This document shows positions 1 to 10,735 of a stretch of 64,000 nt of DNA, one piece after another. Position 1 is the first letter of the stretch, and every line of letters starts with the position of its first letter. The position numbers and the translations under genes are program-made. Location of the stretch: contig CAXXKJ010000002.1 in the NCBI GenBank assembly GCA_963675295.2, positions 672,001-736,000 of the forward strand, given 5' to 3'. The notes beneath the pieces are model-generated. The model was not told where the DNA came from. It saw only the letters and a list, made by a program, of their open reading frames with translations, and ran no database searches. The DNA is from a bacterium. GTDB taxonomy: Bacteria > Electryoneota > Electryoneia > Electryoneales > Electryoneaceae.

Positions 1-1
1 C

Positions 2-583
2 ATCCTGATCGGTGGTTCAACCCGTGGTGGCTACAGCGACTCGTGGGATGTGTACGTCGTCAAGATGGACACGCTCGGCAACCTGATCTATGACTGGTCG
101 CATTACACCCCGGATCTCGAGTTTGGCCGTGGAATCTGTGAACACGCGCCGGGCGACTATGTCATCACCGGCAAGACGACGCACAACACGGACGCGGCGG
201 GATCGTTGTTCCTGTTCCGTGTCTTCGAGCCCGAACCGGACCCGGCCGATCATCCCGCCCAGAAGCAGGCCACGGGCGATAACCTGATCGCGGGCCAGTC
301 GGACGAATCAGGAATGCCGCGGTACACGTTGAAGCCGGTGACACCGAACCCGACTAACGCCGGCGCGGTGGTGACGTTGCAGCTGCCGGAAGCGGGCCAT
401 GTCAACGCGGTGGTGTACAATTCGCTGGGGCGTGAGGTGATGGTGCTGAATAACGGCATGATGACCGCCGGCACGCATCAATTCGCGTTGGTGGGCGAGA
501 CCCTCGCCAGCGGGGTGTATTTCGTTCGAGCTGTGGTGCCGGGCCAGCTGGACGCTGTTCAGCGGGTAACCATCGTGCGCTAA
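2..583 (+). CDS. Secreted protein with T9SS type A C-terminal sorting domain (5' truncated by window edge)
   Basis: Frame is open from base 2; repeat-like 'DVYVVKMDTLGNLIY' segment; C-terminus 'TPNPTN...VYNSLGREV...LASGVYFVR...QRVTIVR' fits a T9SS CTD. Confidence 0.8.
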   Translation: MLIGGSTRGGYSDSWDVYVVKMDTLGNLIYDWSHYTPDLEFGRGICEHAPGDYVITGKTTHNTDAAGSLFLFRVFEPEPDPADHPAQKQATGDNLIAGQSDESGMPRYTLKPVTPNPTNAGAVVTLQLPEAGHVNAVVYNSLGREVMVLNNGMMTAGTHQFALVGETLASGVYFVRAVVPGQLDAVQRVTIVR

Positions 584-613
584 CACGATGCTTACATTCT
601 GATGCGAATCTTC

Positions 614-641
614 AAGCCGTCCTCCGGGGCGGCTTTTCTTT
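614..641 (+). terminator. Intrinsic terminator
   Basis: AAGCCGTCC-TCCG-GGGCGGCTT hairpin followed by TTCTTT, about 30 bp after the stop codon. Confidence 0.7.
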
Positions 642-710
642 ATATGGGAGCGGCGCGGAGTGTATCTTCGCCGGATGCGGAACAACAACGATTTTGCGGG
701 GGAGCGGACG

Positions 711-1838
711 ATGCGGCGTGTTGTGGTGGTGATGTTGACGATACTGGCGATGGTTGGCGTGGGGCAGGTTGGCGCGGCGATCATCACGATGCCCGGCGGA
801 GCGCCGACGATTCAGCAGGCGGTGGAATCAGCCGCGCCCGGAGACACGATCCTGCTCGGCAAGGGGATCTACCAGCAGTTGATCCGTGTTGACAACAAGC
901 CGTTGACGATTGCCTCCCACTTCCTGACCACCGGCGATTCCAGCGCGATCCGTGCGACCATCCTGCACGGTGGCGGCATCAAGAACGACTCGGCGGTGGT
1001 GACCACCACCGGCACCGAGACCGTCACCCTGGTCGGCCTGACGATCACCGCCAGCGACGACGGCATTTATCCGACCTCACCGATGGACATCCGGCACTGT
1101 GTCATTTACGGCACCAAGGACGGGATCGACTACGAATCCGGCAGCGGTGGGTACCTCGGCGACTGCATTATTGAGCGCAATGTGGATGATGCGGTCGACC
1201 TGGACGAAGACACGCAGGTTGTGATCGAGCGTTGCATCCTCCGTGACAACGATGACGACGGCATCGAGATCCGGCTGCAGAACTGGACCGGACACACGTT
1301 GAACGTGGTCATTCGTGACAACGTGATCAGCGGGAACGGCGAGGACGGCATCCAGTTCATCAGCTACAACGAAGACACGCACCGCCATTTCCGGATCGAG
1401 AACAATCTGTTCGCCGACAACGAAATGAGCGCGATTGCGTGTATGGATGATTCCACCACCCGCGAGGATTACCGTGGCGCGCAGATCCCGGAACGGATCG
1501 ACGTGATCGGGAATACGTTCGTCAACAACCCGTATTGCATCGTGGGTGGCGCGAAGCTGCGGGTGAAGGATAACCTGTTTATCGGCAGCTCGGCGGCGGT
1601 GTTCCGGCGTGTTGGCGACGGCGCGAAAATGCGCGGCAACATCGCGTGGGAGTGCCGGATGCTGACCGAGGAAATGGGTGGTGTGAAGCGCGGCTTCAAG
1701 CGGATTGTGCCGCCGTCCGAAGGACGGTTGGGTGAAAAATGGCCGTTGATTCCGAGCGTGGATACCGCGAAGCGGATGCGCTGGATGCCCGCCGCTCCCG
1801 CCAAGCCGCAGGAAGACCAGATGGATTCGGTGCATTAA
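711..1838 (+). CDS. Secreted right-handed parallel beta-helix repeat protein
   Basis: ATG 711 after GGGGAG; signal peptide; 'TIQQAV...PGDTILLGKGIY' cap; repeated DDGI/EDGI beta-helix rungs. Confidence 0.8.
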   Translation: MRRVVVVMLTILAMVGVGQVGAAIITMPGGAPTIQQAVESAAPGDTILLGKGIYQQLIRVDNKPLTIASHFLTTGDSSAIRATILHGGGIKNDSAVVTTTGTETVTLVGLTITASDDGIYPTSPMDIRHCVIYGTKDGIDYESGSGGYLGDCIIERNVDDAVDLDEDTQVVIERCILRDNDDDGIEIRLQNWTGHTLNVVIRDNVISGNGEDGIQFISYNEDTHRHFRIENNLFADNEMSAIACMDDSTTREDYRGAQIPERIDVIGNTFVNNPYCIVGGAKLRVKDNLFIGSSAAVFRRVGDGAKMRGNIAWECRMLTEEMGGVKRGFKRIVPPSEGRLGEKWPLIPSVDTAKRMRWMPAAPAKPQEDQMDSVH

Positions 1839-1840
1839 CT

Positions 1841-1896
1841 CGAGCTCTGAGCTCTGAGCTCTGAGCTTTGAGCTGTGAGCCTTGAGCCGTGAGATA
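1841..1896 (+). repeat. Degenerate heptamer tandem array (TGAGCTC-type, about 8 units)
   Basis: cgagctc tgagctc tgagctc tgagctt tgagctg tgagcct tgagccg tgagata. Confidence 0.9.
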
Positions 1897-1900
1897 CAGC

Positions 1901-1969
1901 AGATAAAACCGGACAAAACCAGATAAAACCAGAGAAAACCGGGGACACTTACTCCGCTAAGTGTCCCCG
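1901..1969. repeat. Four decamer repeats plus CGGGGACACTT palindrome
   Basis: agataaaacc ggacaaaacc agataaaacc agagaaaacc, then CGGGGACACTT-N8-AAGTGTCCCCG; the palindrome recurs at 45096 and 62456. Confidence 0.85.
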
Positions 1970-1992
1970 AGCTCGTTTATCCGAAAGCAACA

Positions 1993-2020
1993 TGGCCGTG
2001 TCTGAAAACAGATACGGCCA
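1993..2020. terminator. Hairpin between convergent genes, likely terminator
   Basis: TGGCCGTGTCTG-AAAA-CAGATACGGCCA. Confidence 0.55.
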
Positions 2021-2057
2021 CGTGGTTTTGCTCAGGACTCAGGTCTAAAGACTCACA

Positions 2058-4877
2058 CTAGAATTCGTACTTCACGCCCATGTGTCCCCAGAACGAGTAC
2101 AGCTCCCGTTCGATCGGGTGGCTGTCGTCGCCGACGTAGCGCGTTTGCGCTTCGTTGGTGATGTTGTTCAAGTCGAGATAGACGCTGACCGAATTCCACA
2201 CCCGCTGGCTGGCGGTGAAGTCGAGCTGCATGTGGTTGTCCCAGTACTCGTCGCTGCGTTCATCAACACCGACTTCGTTGATGTGCGAGCCGGTGTAGCT
2301 GAGGCTGAGTCGTCCGGAGAAGCCGTATTTCTCGTAGCTCAGGGCGAAGTTGGCGACGGATTCCGCCTGTCCCGGGACGGGGATGGTGCGGTTGCCGACT
2401 TCCGGCGAGCGCAGGTCGAGCTCGGAATCGGTCCAGGTGTAGTTGAAGTACACGCCGAAGCCGTTCCAGAATCCCGGCAGGAAGCTGAGTTGCTGCGCCC
2501 ACGCCAGTTCGATGCCCATCAGATTGGCGGCTTCGCCAGCGTTCCACGGCTTCACGACTTCAAAGTCGACGCTGTTCAGCGTGCGCTCGTAGGTGCGGTA
2601 GTAGATGTAATCGTTGATCGTCTTGTAGAAGAAGCCGACCGACGCGACACCCAGCGACCGGTAGTAATGCGCGACCATCAGGTCGATATTGGTCGACAGT
2701 GCCGGATCCAGTTCCGGGTTGCCGAGTTCCAGCTCTTCGTCCTCACGGTTGCGCAGCGTATACGGCACGAGATCGTAGTAGTCCGGCCGAGCGATCGACT
2801 GGCTGAACGCGAAGCGGAAGTTGGTGCGGTCGTTGTAGCGGTAGATCAGGTGCAGCGCGGGCAGCACGTTGGCGTAATCGTTGCTCTCCGTCGCATTGCG
2901 AGCTCCGACGAAATCGCCGTCCGCATCCCACAGCAGCTTGTTACCAGTGTACTCGATGTCAGTCATTTCGACACGGGCGCCACCGAGTAGCGTGAACTGC
3001 GGGCTGAAGTTGGTCGATGCCATCAGGTACCCAGCGTAAATCGTTTCGCTGGCTTCGTAGCTCTCGCCGAGGATCGCTTCGATGTCCTCTTCGCTGTCCA
3101 TCGAATGCTGGTTGGCTTCCCAGTAATCGTCAGACTGGTCCGGATCGGGGGTCAGACCGACATCAAACGAGTCGTATTCGTTGTCGAAAATGTCGCCGGT
3201 ATCGTAGTCATCGACAAACATGGACAGGTCGGCTTCGAAGTCGTCGCTGTTCTCGTATTCCTTCGCGTATGCTTCCCGGTCCTTGTTCTTCGACCGCATC
3301 TTGAAGCCGGTCTTAAGGAAGGACGGCTTATCCAGGAAGTCCAGATGGTACTTCAGATTGGTCTGGAACGACAGCTCATCGTCGGTGGTCAGGTTGTCTT
3401 CGTAGGTAAACTTGTCCAGCTCATAACCGCTGACATCGTTGATGTTGATGTCGTCGAGCACCGTCATCGTTGGGAAGTTGGCGTCGGAATGGTTGTAGCG
3501 CGCGCTGAAATCGTCGTCGAGCGCGATCTCGGTGTCGAGACGGTCCGGCTCTTCCTCTTCGGCATACGAGTACGCGGCGTAGTAGTCGAGTTCGAGCTGA
3601 TCGTTGGCGAGCAGGAATTCACCGCCCTGGCCGAGGGTCCAGATGCGCTGCACTTCGTAGCGGTTCTTCAGCTCACGGGTGACTTCGACTTCGTCTACCG
3701 TGCCATCATCGTAGTAATTGCCGTATTCAACGTTGAACGCGCGGCGGTTCTCGTCGTCACCATACTGGTTCCAGAGACCGTTGAAGAACAAGCGTGACTT
3801 GGGATTCAGCTGGTAGTCGATGTTGGCGCCGACACTCGCCCGTTCGCGGGTTAGGATGTAGTCACGCACGGTCCAGTCTTCGATGTCATAGCGTTCCGCG
3901 ACAACGTCTTCGTCGTCCGGGTCTGAACCAGCGGCAAGCACATCGACGTCATCGTAGCCGGCTTCCATGTTGTCGCTGCCGCGGCGTGTGATGTAGTAGC
4001 TCGCACCGAACATCACGCCGATGTTTTTGTCGTCGCCGAGCTGGGTGCCGTAGCTGAGGGCGCCCTGGCCGATGCCGCCGCCCTTGACGTTGTAGCCACC
4101 GCCAAAGGTGAGGCTGCCCATCGGACGGTCATAATCCAGCGCGCTGCGGGTGGTCAGGTTGACCAGGCCGCCAATCCCGTCCATGTCCATGTCCGGGGTG
4201 AAGGTCTTGTTGACTTCGATCGCACCGAGTTGATCGGCGGGGATCACGTCCAGCGCCACCGAACGCACATCGCCTTCCGGGGACGGCACACGCTGGCCGT
4301 TAATCATAACGTTGTTGACGCTTGGGTCGGTGCCGCGAATCGTGATGTAGCGGCCTTCGCCCTGGTCGCGCTGCAGACCGACGCCGGGGATACGTTGCAG
4401 GGATTCCGCGACGTTCGGATCGGGGAAGCTGCCGATCTGGTCGGAGGCGACGATATTGACGATGTTCGGCGAGGTGCGCTGCTGGTTCAACGCCGCGGCC
4501 TGGCCGGTACGCTGGCCGCCGACAAAAGTGACTTCTTCGCCGGTGACAAACGCGCTCATCAGTTCGATCTTCAACGTGGTCGTCTGACGCCCTCGCACCT
4601 CGACGGTTTCGTGATACTCTTCATAGCCGAGGTAGCTGACGATCAGGGTGTAGTCGCCGTCCGGCACGTTGGCGATGCGGAACGAACCGCCACGGTCGGT
4701 TGCGGAACCGTAGCTGGTACCCTCAAGCATCAGGTTCGCGCCCGGCAACGGCTCGCCGGTCGTCTTGTCCAGAATGTTTCCCGCGATGGTGCCGGTCGCG
4801 GCAAACGCACTCGCACCAAACATCACAAAGATGGCCACAAACAACAGCCAGACGCCCAACCTCGCCCATTGAGACAT
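2058..4877 (-). CDS. TonB-dependent receptor with N-terminal CarboxypepD_reg-like domain
   Basis: ATG 4877 after GGAGGGG; signal peptide; 'GEPLPGAN' domain; plug 'NVAESLQRIPGV...GEGRYITIRG'; 'GNPELDP' barrel motif; terminal Phe (KYEF). Confidence 0.92.
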   Translation of the reverse strand: MSQWARLGVWLLFVAIFVMFGASAFAATGTIAGNILDKTTGEPLPGANLMLEGTSYGSATDRGGSFRIANVPDGDYTLIVSYLGYEEYHETVEVRGRQTTTLKIELMSAFVTGEEVTFVGGQRTGQAAALNQQRTSPNIVNIVASDQIGSFPDPNVAESLQRIPGVGLQRDQGEGRYITIRGTDPSVNNVMINGQRVPSPEGDVRSVALDVIPADQLGAIEVNKTFTPDMDMDGIGGLVNLTTRSALDYDRPMGSLTFGGGYNVKGGGIGQGALSYGTQLGDDKNIGVMFGASYYITRRGSDNMEAGYDDVDVLAAGSDPDDEDVVAERYDIEDWTVRDYILTRERASVGANIDYQLNPKSRLFFNGLWNQYGDDENRRAFNVEYGNYYDDGTVDEVEVTRELKNRYEVQRIWTLGQGGEFLLANDQLELDYYAAYSYAEEEEPDRLDTEIALDDDFSARYNHSDANFPTMTVLDDININDVSGYELDKFTYEDNLTTDDELSFQTNLKYHLDFLDKPSFLKTGFKMRSKNKDREAYAKEYENSDDFEADLSMFVDDYDTGDIFDNEYDSFDVGLTPDPDQSDDYWEANQHSMDSEEDIEAILGESYEASETIYAGYLMASTNFSPQFTLLGGARVEMTDIEYTGNKLLWDADGDFVGARNATESNDYANVLPALHLIYRYNDRTNFRFAFSQSIARPDYYDLVPYTLRNREDEELELGNPELDPALSTNIDLMVAHYYRSLGVASVGFFYKTINDYIYYRTYERTLNSVDFEVVKPWNAGEAANLMGIELAWAQQLSFLPGFWNGFGVYFNYTWTDSELDLRSPEVGNRTIPVPGQAESVANFALSYEKYGFSGRLSLSYTGSHINEVGVDERSDEYWDNHMQLDFTASQRVWNSVSVYLDLNNITNEAQTRYVGDDSHPIERELYSFWGHMGVKYEF

Positions 4878-4939
4878 GATCCCCTCCGTTGACGCGTTAA
4901 CACTTTTTCCCTCGAGATGCACGGAAGGTGAACTCAGTC

Positions 4940-4978
4940 TGTTCAGGTTTTGTTAGGGCTTGGCGATGAACTCGTTAA
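4940..4978 (-). promoter_or_regulatory. Candidate OmpR/PhoB-family (Pho-box-like) direct repeats
   Basis: Minus strand TTAACG, CTAACA and TGAACA at offsets 0, 22 and 33 bp (11-bp phase) upstream of the receptor. Confidence 0.4.
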
Positions 4979-5071
4979 CAATTCAGCGTAATGCTAGAAT
5001 AAACAAACTCTTGTGATGATAAGGAAAGAATGAGGATTTTAGGCTGAGGTCGACGCGAAACGAGAGCAAAA

Positions 5072-6811
5072 TCACTTCAGCAGAAGGATTTTCTGTCGAG
5101 CCAGCGTCCGGTCTGGTGTGGTGACACGAACGAGATAAATCCCGGCAGCATGGTTGTGAAGATTAAGTGTGATGGGGAGCGTTCCGGCGGGACAGAAACG
5201 ATGGATCGGTTCTGCGACGGTTCGCCCGAGGATGTCGGTGACGGTCACAGTCAATTCAGACGCCGCCGGAAGCGAGACGTGTAGCGTGGTGCTCCCGTTG
5301 AACGGGTTGGGGTACGCGGGCGAGACGGAGAATGAACGCGGCTGCCCGGTGGCGTCCTCGAGCACGGACTCATCGAAATCCTTCGTGAACAGCAGTGAAT
5401 CGGCAACATAGGAAAGATCCAGACTTTCACCGATGGTGATCAGCAACGTGTACTCGCCCGCGTCAAGGTCGCCATCCACGATGAAGTCTGAATCAAAGGT
5501 GTTGTCGCCGGTCACCACGTTCACCGTGTCCTTATCGTCCACGTGGATCAGCTCGCCGTCGGGGTCGCGCAGATCTTTCCAGACGTAGGTCTCGAGCGGA
5601 GCGTTGAGGATCGAGTTTACCTCCAGCTCGAACGACAGCGTATCGCCCTCAGGCGGTACGATGATCGTGTCCTGCTCGGGAATCACGGTCAGGGTCAGTG
5701 GATCCAGCGGTTCGTTTTCCCACCAGACGACTTGTTGCAGGTGCGCGCAGGCGGAAATGATGTCATTGTCGTTGTCACCGTCGAGGTCGGCGACAAACAC
5801 CGAGCGTGTGCCCTTGGCGCGTTCGGAGATCAGGTGTTCGATCCAGGTTCCGTCACGGTCAACGTTTTCCCACCACAGCAGGCTGTCGCTGGAATAGGTG
5901 CCGCCGACGATATCGAGGTCGCCGTCCCCGTCCATGTCGCCGGTGTAGACATCATTGGCGAATTCGACGCTGTCGGCGAAGACGGTGCTGATCCAGTCGC
6001 CGTTGCTGTCCTGCGACCAGTAGACGAACAAGTCGAAGCGCGAGGTGGCGGCGATGATCTCGAGACGATTGTCGCCGACGATGTCCGCCGCATGCACCGA
6101 CCGTGTGCCCCACAAAAGTTCGGGCATCTGGTGGCGGGTCCACATGTGCCCGTTATCGTCATTTTCCCAGAACCAAACCCCGGCGGAATCGGCTCCGGCG
6201 AGAATGTCGGTGTCGCCGTCCTGATCGATGTCGGCGGCGTAGACGGTTCGGGCACCGTAAAAATTGTTCGTCAGGACGTGTTCATCCCAGCCGCTGCCAT
6301 TTTCGAACCACGACACGCGGTCGTAGCCGTACGAGCAGGCGAGGATGTCATTGTCGCCGTCGAGATCAAAGTCGGCGGAGGTGATGCCCTTGGAATAGGG
6401 GAACCAGTCGCTGATCGAGTGTTCGGTCCAGGGTCCGTTTTCCCACACGGCGACTCGTCCCGCGGTCATCGCGGCGCCGAGGATCTCGGGGTAGCCGTCT
6501 CCGTTCAAGTCGCCCGCGCTGACATCCCACGCACCCTCGAAAACATCCGCGACAATGTGTTCCGTCCAGTTGGCGGAGCCGTCGTTTTCCCACCAGCCGA
6601 CGGTGTTTTCGTAGCGGAATACGCCGAGCACGTCAATGTCGCCGTCCAGGTCCATGTCGGTGGCGTACACCGCGCGTGTGCCCTGATGGCCTTCCACCAG
6701 CACGTGCGGGTAAAATCCGGCCCGCGCCGCCGGAACACACAGCAGCATTGTCAGCAACGCGAGTGTGACGGCCAGTGTACGGATCGAGCGGGGTATGATG
6801 TAAACGGGCAT
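5072..6811 (-). CDS. FG-GAP/VCBS repeat beta-propeller protein with Ig-like domain and T9SS CTD
   Basis: Signal peptide; seven DxDxDGDxD-type repeats with WWEN motifs; C-terminal 'YPNPFN...AGIYLVR...QKILLLK'. Confidence 0.9.
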   Translation of the reverse strand: MPVYIIPRSIRTLAVTLALLTMLLCVPAARAGFYPHVLVEGHQGTRAVYATDMDLDGDIDVLGVFRYENTVGWWENDGSANWTEHIVADVFEGAWDVSAGDLNGDGYPEILGAAMTAGRVAVWENGPWTEHSISDWFPYSKGITSADFDLDGDNDILACSYGYDRVSWFENGSGWDEHVLTNNFYGARTVYAADIDQDGDTDILAGADSAGVWFWENDDNGHMWTRHQMPELLWGTRSVHAADIVGDNRLEIIAATSRFDLFVYWSQDSNGDWISTVFADSVEFANDVYTGDMDGDGDLDIVGGTYSSDSLLWWENVDRDGTWIEHLISERAKGTRSVFVADLDGDNDNDIISACAHLQQVVWWENEPLDPLTLTVIPEQDTIIVPPEGDTLSFELEVNSILNAPLETYVWKDLRDPDGELIHVDDKDTVNVVTGDNTFDSDFIVDGDLDAGEYTLLITIGESLDLSYVADSLLFTKDFDESVLEDATGQPRSFSVSPAYPNPFNGSTTLHVSLPAASELTVTVTDILGRTVAEPIHRFCPAGTLPITLNLHNHAAGIYLVRVTTPDRTLARQKILLLK

Positions 6812-6900
6812 CGTGAATCGTGTCAGTGATTGTGAACCCAGGAGTGTAATGTCTCATCTCAAGGGGGAGGGGCACAACTTGTGCTCGCTCATCGGAGGAG

Positions 6901-6937
6901 AAAAAACGGGACCCGCGCGGCAGCGCTGGGTCCCGTT
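6901..6937 (-). terminator. Intrinsic terminator of MCP1
   Basis: AACGGGACCC...GGGTCCCGTT stem followed by a T-tract on the minus strand. Confidence 0.75.
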
Positions 6938-6959
6938 GCAGATGACGATGTGGAATGGA

Positions 6960-9900
6960 TCAGAAGTCGCCGAACTCACTGTCGTCGAGTTGGATCACGT
7001 CTTCCGGCTGAATCAGGTGGCCGTTTCCGTTCCCACTGGTTCTGCGGTGACCATTCCCATTGCCGTGATGGGCGGTCACAATCTGTTCCGGGTTATCCGC
7101 GGAAATCTCCTCGCCGTCCCAGAGGTGCCGGGGCCGGCTGGCTCCGCCACTGTCCCGCAGGTTGAAGCGTCCGATCATCTCGCGCAGCAACGTTGCCTGG
7201 TTCGACAGCTGTTCAGCGGTCGCCGCACCTTCTTCGGCGTTGGCGGAATTCTGCTGGGTGATGGCGTCGACGGTACCCATCGCGCCGGAAATCTGGGCGA
7301 TGCCCTGGGTCTGTTCCCGGCTGGAGGCGTGGATCTCGTTGGCCAGCTCGGAGACGTCGTTAATACCCTTGACGATCTCCTTCAACGCTTCGGCGGTCTC
7401 GTTGGCGATGCTGACACCGGCCTTTGTTTTGTCCGTCGATTGACTGATCAGCTCGGTGGTTTCGTTTGCCGCCCGGGCGGATCGTTGTGCGAGGTTGCGC
7501 ACTTCTTCCGCGACGACGGCGAAGCCCTTGCCGTGCACACCGGCGCGCGCGGCTTCGACGGCCGCGTTCAACGCCAGCAGATTCGTCTGGAAGGCGATTT
7601 CGTCGATCACCTTGATAATCTTGGCGACCTCCAGCGACGATTCGTTAATCAGGCCCATCGCCTCGAGCATTTGGGTCATGCGTGAATCGCCGGTTTCGGC
7701 GGCTCTGCGCACCGCGGACGCATGCTGCGCGGCCTGGGCGGCGTTGTCTTCGTTCTGGCGGGTCTGGCTTTCCACCTGGGTGATGGAGGAGCTGATTTCC
7801 TCCAGCGATGCCGCCTGCTGGTTCGCGCCGTCGGATAGAGACTGGCTCGATTCGGACAGCTGCTGTGCGCCTTCGTTAACCTGATCAATCGCGACCAGGG
7901 TTTGCGACAGCAGATCGTTCAAGGATGCCAGTGTGTCGTTCAATGAGGTCTGGATGGTGGCGTGATCGCCCTGGAAGTCACCGTCAACCAGTAATGAGAG
8001 GTCCCCGTTCGCCATGGCGGACAACACCTCGGACGCCTTGTTGATCGGCTCGAGGACACGATCGAGGGTTTCGTTGAAGCCGGCGATGATGCTCTGGTAA
8101 TCACCGTTGTGGACGTCCACATCGGCACGCTGCTTGAGCTCGCCCTTGACGGCGGCGTTGACCATCGACTTGCTGTCGGCTACGAGGGTGTCGATCGCAC
8201 GGATGCAGGCGTTCAGGTTGTCGCGAATTTCCTGGAAGTCGCCACGGTAGTCATCGGTGACAGCGTCCGGAACATCTCCTTCCGCCATACGCTTCAAGTT
8301 GTTCTGGATCATGTTCAACGGCTGCACGAACGCAGTCACGAGGTCGTTAAGGCCACCGACGAGATCCGACCAGCCGCCCTTGAACCGGGTGGCGTTACCC
8401 CGGGTGTCGAGGTTGCCGTCGCGGATACCGTCGATAATGGTCTGTACCTCGCCCTGCAGATCGCGGATGGAATCTTTCATCTGCTGCATCGCGAGGCCGA
8501 GCTCGTCGTCGTTGGATGCGAGGGTCACGTTGACATTGAGGTCGCCCTCCGCGATCTGACGAGCGACGGTTGCCTTTTCACGCAGGCCGGACTGCATCGA
8601 CCGGAACGCGTCCGCCAGCTCACCGATTTCGTCGTCGCGCTCGATGCTGATATCCTCATCGAGACGTCCCAGCGCGATGTCTTCGGCGTGTTGTTTCAGC
8701 CGGACCATCGGGCGGGCCAGGGTGTTCGCGAGCAAGAAGGCGGCGACACCGATGATGGCGATGATCACCAGTCCCCAGATCAGAATTTTCATCGCCAGCG
8801 CGTTGATCGGGGCGAACGCTTCCGCCTTGTCGATCTCAGACAGAATGACCCATTCGAAGCCGGGGATGTTCAACGGACGGTAGGAGGACAACACCGGCAC
8901 GTTGCGGTAGTCGGCGATGATTTCCTCGCCGGTCTGGCCGGCGAGTGCCTTGTCCACACCGACGGTGTTGATATCCTGAAACAGGATCGAGGTGTTCTGA
9001 TTGCGGATCCGGTCAACCGTCTCGCTGGAATACCCACTTTTCCGGAGTGCGGTGAAGTAGCCGTCCGGATCCTGGATCAGGAATCGTGACATGGAGCGCA
9101 TGGTGCGGTCGCCAGCGACGAGATAGGTTTCGCCGCTTTCACCAAGACCATCCTGTTCCCAGCCTTCGTTCCCGGTCATTACGCCGTTGATGATATCGAT
9201 CGGGATCTGGAAGATGAGCACCCCGATCTTTTCGTTGCCGTCATATACCGGCGAGGCGATGAACGAGGCCGGCGCGCCGTAGGAGGGATCGTAGCCCTCG
9301 AACTCAACGGTCGTGACGTAGTCCGGGCTGCTGGCGTCCCGGGCCTTGGCAAATGCCTGGCCGAAATTGGTGCCGGCGTACGGTCCGCTCGACAGGCTGG
9401 TGCCGTAATCGACTTCCTTGAACACGCTGTAGACAATGTGACCGGTGTCGATGTCAACGAGGAAAATGTCGTAGTAGCTGAATTTCTTCAGGAAACTTCG
9501 AATTACCGGGTGGTACTTGCGATGCGCGGCTGCGTAGCGGGTGCCATCCTCGGCGGCGGTGAGATTATCCTTTTCCCCGACCGCGTTGCTGTTGGTGTAG
9601 ATGTAATTGTACTGCAGGTACAGCGTTTCGTCGTCCGGCGGCAGGTAGGTACTGGCGCTGTAGGATTCGCTGGTATTTGCCGCCAGCCGCGTGAGGTATT
9701 CCTGCTGGTAGAACTTGCGCATCGAATCGCGGTACAGGTCAACATCACGGTCGTTGTAACGCACCTCCGAACGAACCCCGTGGAACGCGGCCCGAAAGTC
9801 ACGCATCGCGTTGACGATCATGTAGTTCTCGGACATCGTCAACATCTGGTCGGTGACGGTCTGGAAGTAGGTTTCAATCTGCCGGGCCTTGGTTTCGCGG

Positions 9901-10061
9901 ACCGACGTCAAATGGTCAAAAGACGATTGCTGCAGCGCCTTTTTCCCGCTGTAGAACGACTGCAGGCCAATGATGACCGTGCTGGCGATCCCGATCACCA
10001 TGAAGGCGAGGACCAGTTTGGCGCGGATGTTCAGCCGGAACGGAAAGATGGACTTGTTCAC
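6960..10061 (-). CDS. Methyl-accepting chemotaxis protein 1 (large Cache-type sensor, multiple HAMP domains)
   Basis: Two TM helices; '[35 protein letters not shown]' signalling hairpin; C-terminal pentapeptide EFGDF; start uncertain (GTG 10061 or 10091). Confidence 0.95.
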   Translation of the reverse strand: MNKSIFPFRLNIRAKLVLAFMVIGIASTVIIGLQSFYSGKKALQQSSFDHLTSVRETKARQIETYFQTVTDQMLTMSENYMIVNAMRDFRAAFHGVRSEVRYNDRDVDLYRDSMRKFYQQEYLTRLAANTSESYSASTYLPPDDETLYLQYNYIYTNSNAVGEKDNLTAAEDGTRYAAAHRKYHPVIRSFLKKFSYYDIFLVDIDTGHIVYSVFKEVDYGTSLSSGPYAGTNFGQAFAKARDASSPDYVTTVEFEGYDPSYGAPASFIASPVYDGNEKIGVLIFQIPIDIINGVMTGNEGWEQDGLGESGETYLVAGDRTMRSMSRFLIQDPDGYFTALRKSGYSSETVDRIRNQNTSILFQDINTVGVDKALAGQTGEEIIADYRNVPVLSSYRPLNIPGFEWVILSEIDKAEAFAPINALAMKILIWGLVIIAIIGVAAFLLANTLARPMVRLKQHAEDIALGRLDEDISIERDDEIGELADAFRSMQSGLREKATVARQIAEGDLNVNVTLASNDDELGLAMQQMKDSIRDLQGEVQTIIDGIRDGNLDTRGNATRFKGGWSDLVGGLNDLVTAFVQPLNMIQNNLKRMAEGDVPDAVTDDYRGDFQEIRDNLNACIRAIDTLVADSKSMVNAAVKGELKQRADVDVHNGDYQSIIAGFNETLDRVLEPINKASEVLSAMANGDLSLLVDGDFQGDHATIQTSLNDTLASLNDLLSQTLVAIDQVNEGAQQLSESSQSLSDGANQQAASLEEISSSITQVESQTRQNEDNAAQAAQHASAVRRAAETGDSRMTQMLEAMGLINESSLEVAKIIKVIDEIAFQTNLLALNAAVEAARAGVHGKGFAVVAEEVRNLAQRSARAANETTELISQSTDKTKAGVSIANETAEALKEIVKGINDVSELANEIHASSREQTQGIAQISGAMGTVDAITQQNSANAEEGAATAEQLSNQATLLREMIGRFNLRDSGGASRPRHLWDGEEISADNPEQIVTAHHGNGNGHRRTSGNGNGHLIQPEDVIQLDDSEFGDF

Positions 10062-10670
10062 GGTCGGTTCCCCCGGTGTGGTTAACTGCACCGTGTTATG
10101 CTATGATCCATAAGATTGTTCGATGCATCAGGATCGTGTGTTACGATCCAGGTTGCTACGCAGAACGTGTCCCAGCCGGAAGACGATTTTTGTGGTCTAC
10201 CGTGTTTATCGACAAAACCGAAAAACAGCGCGTTCGATATTGTCCCTGGACGCCGTTCTGGTTTGCAAACACGCGGGCGGGTGTCAACAAAAACTCAGCA
10301 GGGCGTTACCAATGTTCGGAAATGAATATAGATTTCGGGTTCTCGCCAGTCAATACTTTAGACGAAGAAATGATAATACTGCTTAAAATCCTCGCCTGGA
10401 CTCAGTTTGTCGGGATTGCATTTTCTTTCACAGCACTCGGATAAGTCCTTATTATTTCTGAACTAATTTTTCATGGAAGCTGTTGCGGAGCTCAGCGAAG
10501 AAGGAGAGAGCTCCGAGAGGAAAACAGGGTGGTTTCTCCGGTTACGTGGTGAAATCGACAGAGTTTAGTGAACATCTGTCTCAAGCTTGCTGATCCTCAA
10601 AACCGAGTGCTGTATTGGGCTCGTTGTTGATATTTAGGATTTTTTGTTATTAATTGATGGCAGATAACAC

Positions 10671-10700
10671 AAAACAGGCCGCGCGGTTACCCACGCGGCC
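10671..10700 (-). terminator. Probable terminator of MCP2
   Basis: GGCCGCG...CGCGGCC stem followed by TGTTTT on the minus strand. Confidence 0.55.
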
Positions 10701-10735
10701 GGGAAAGGTCCAGCGGTTCTGATCAAAAGCCGGGA

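Noticed and set aside
10092-10735. c-di-GMP riboswitch or small gene between the MCP genes
   Set aside because: No GEMM motif recognised; the short ORFs lack coding character
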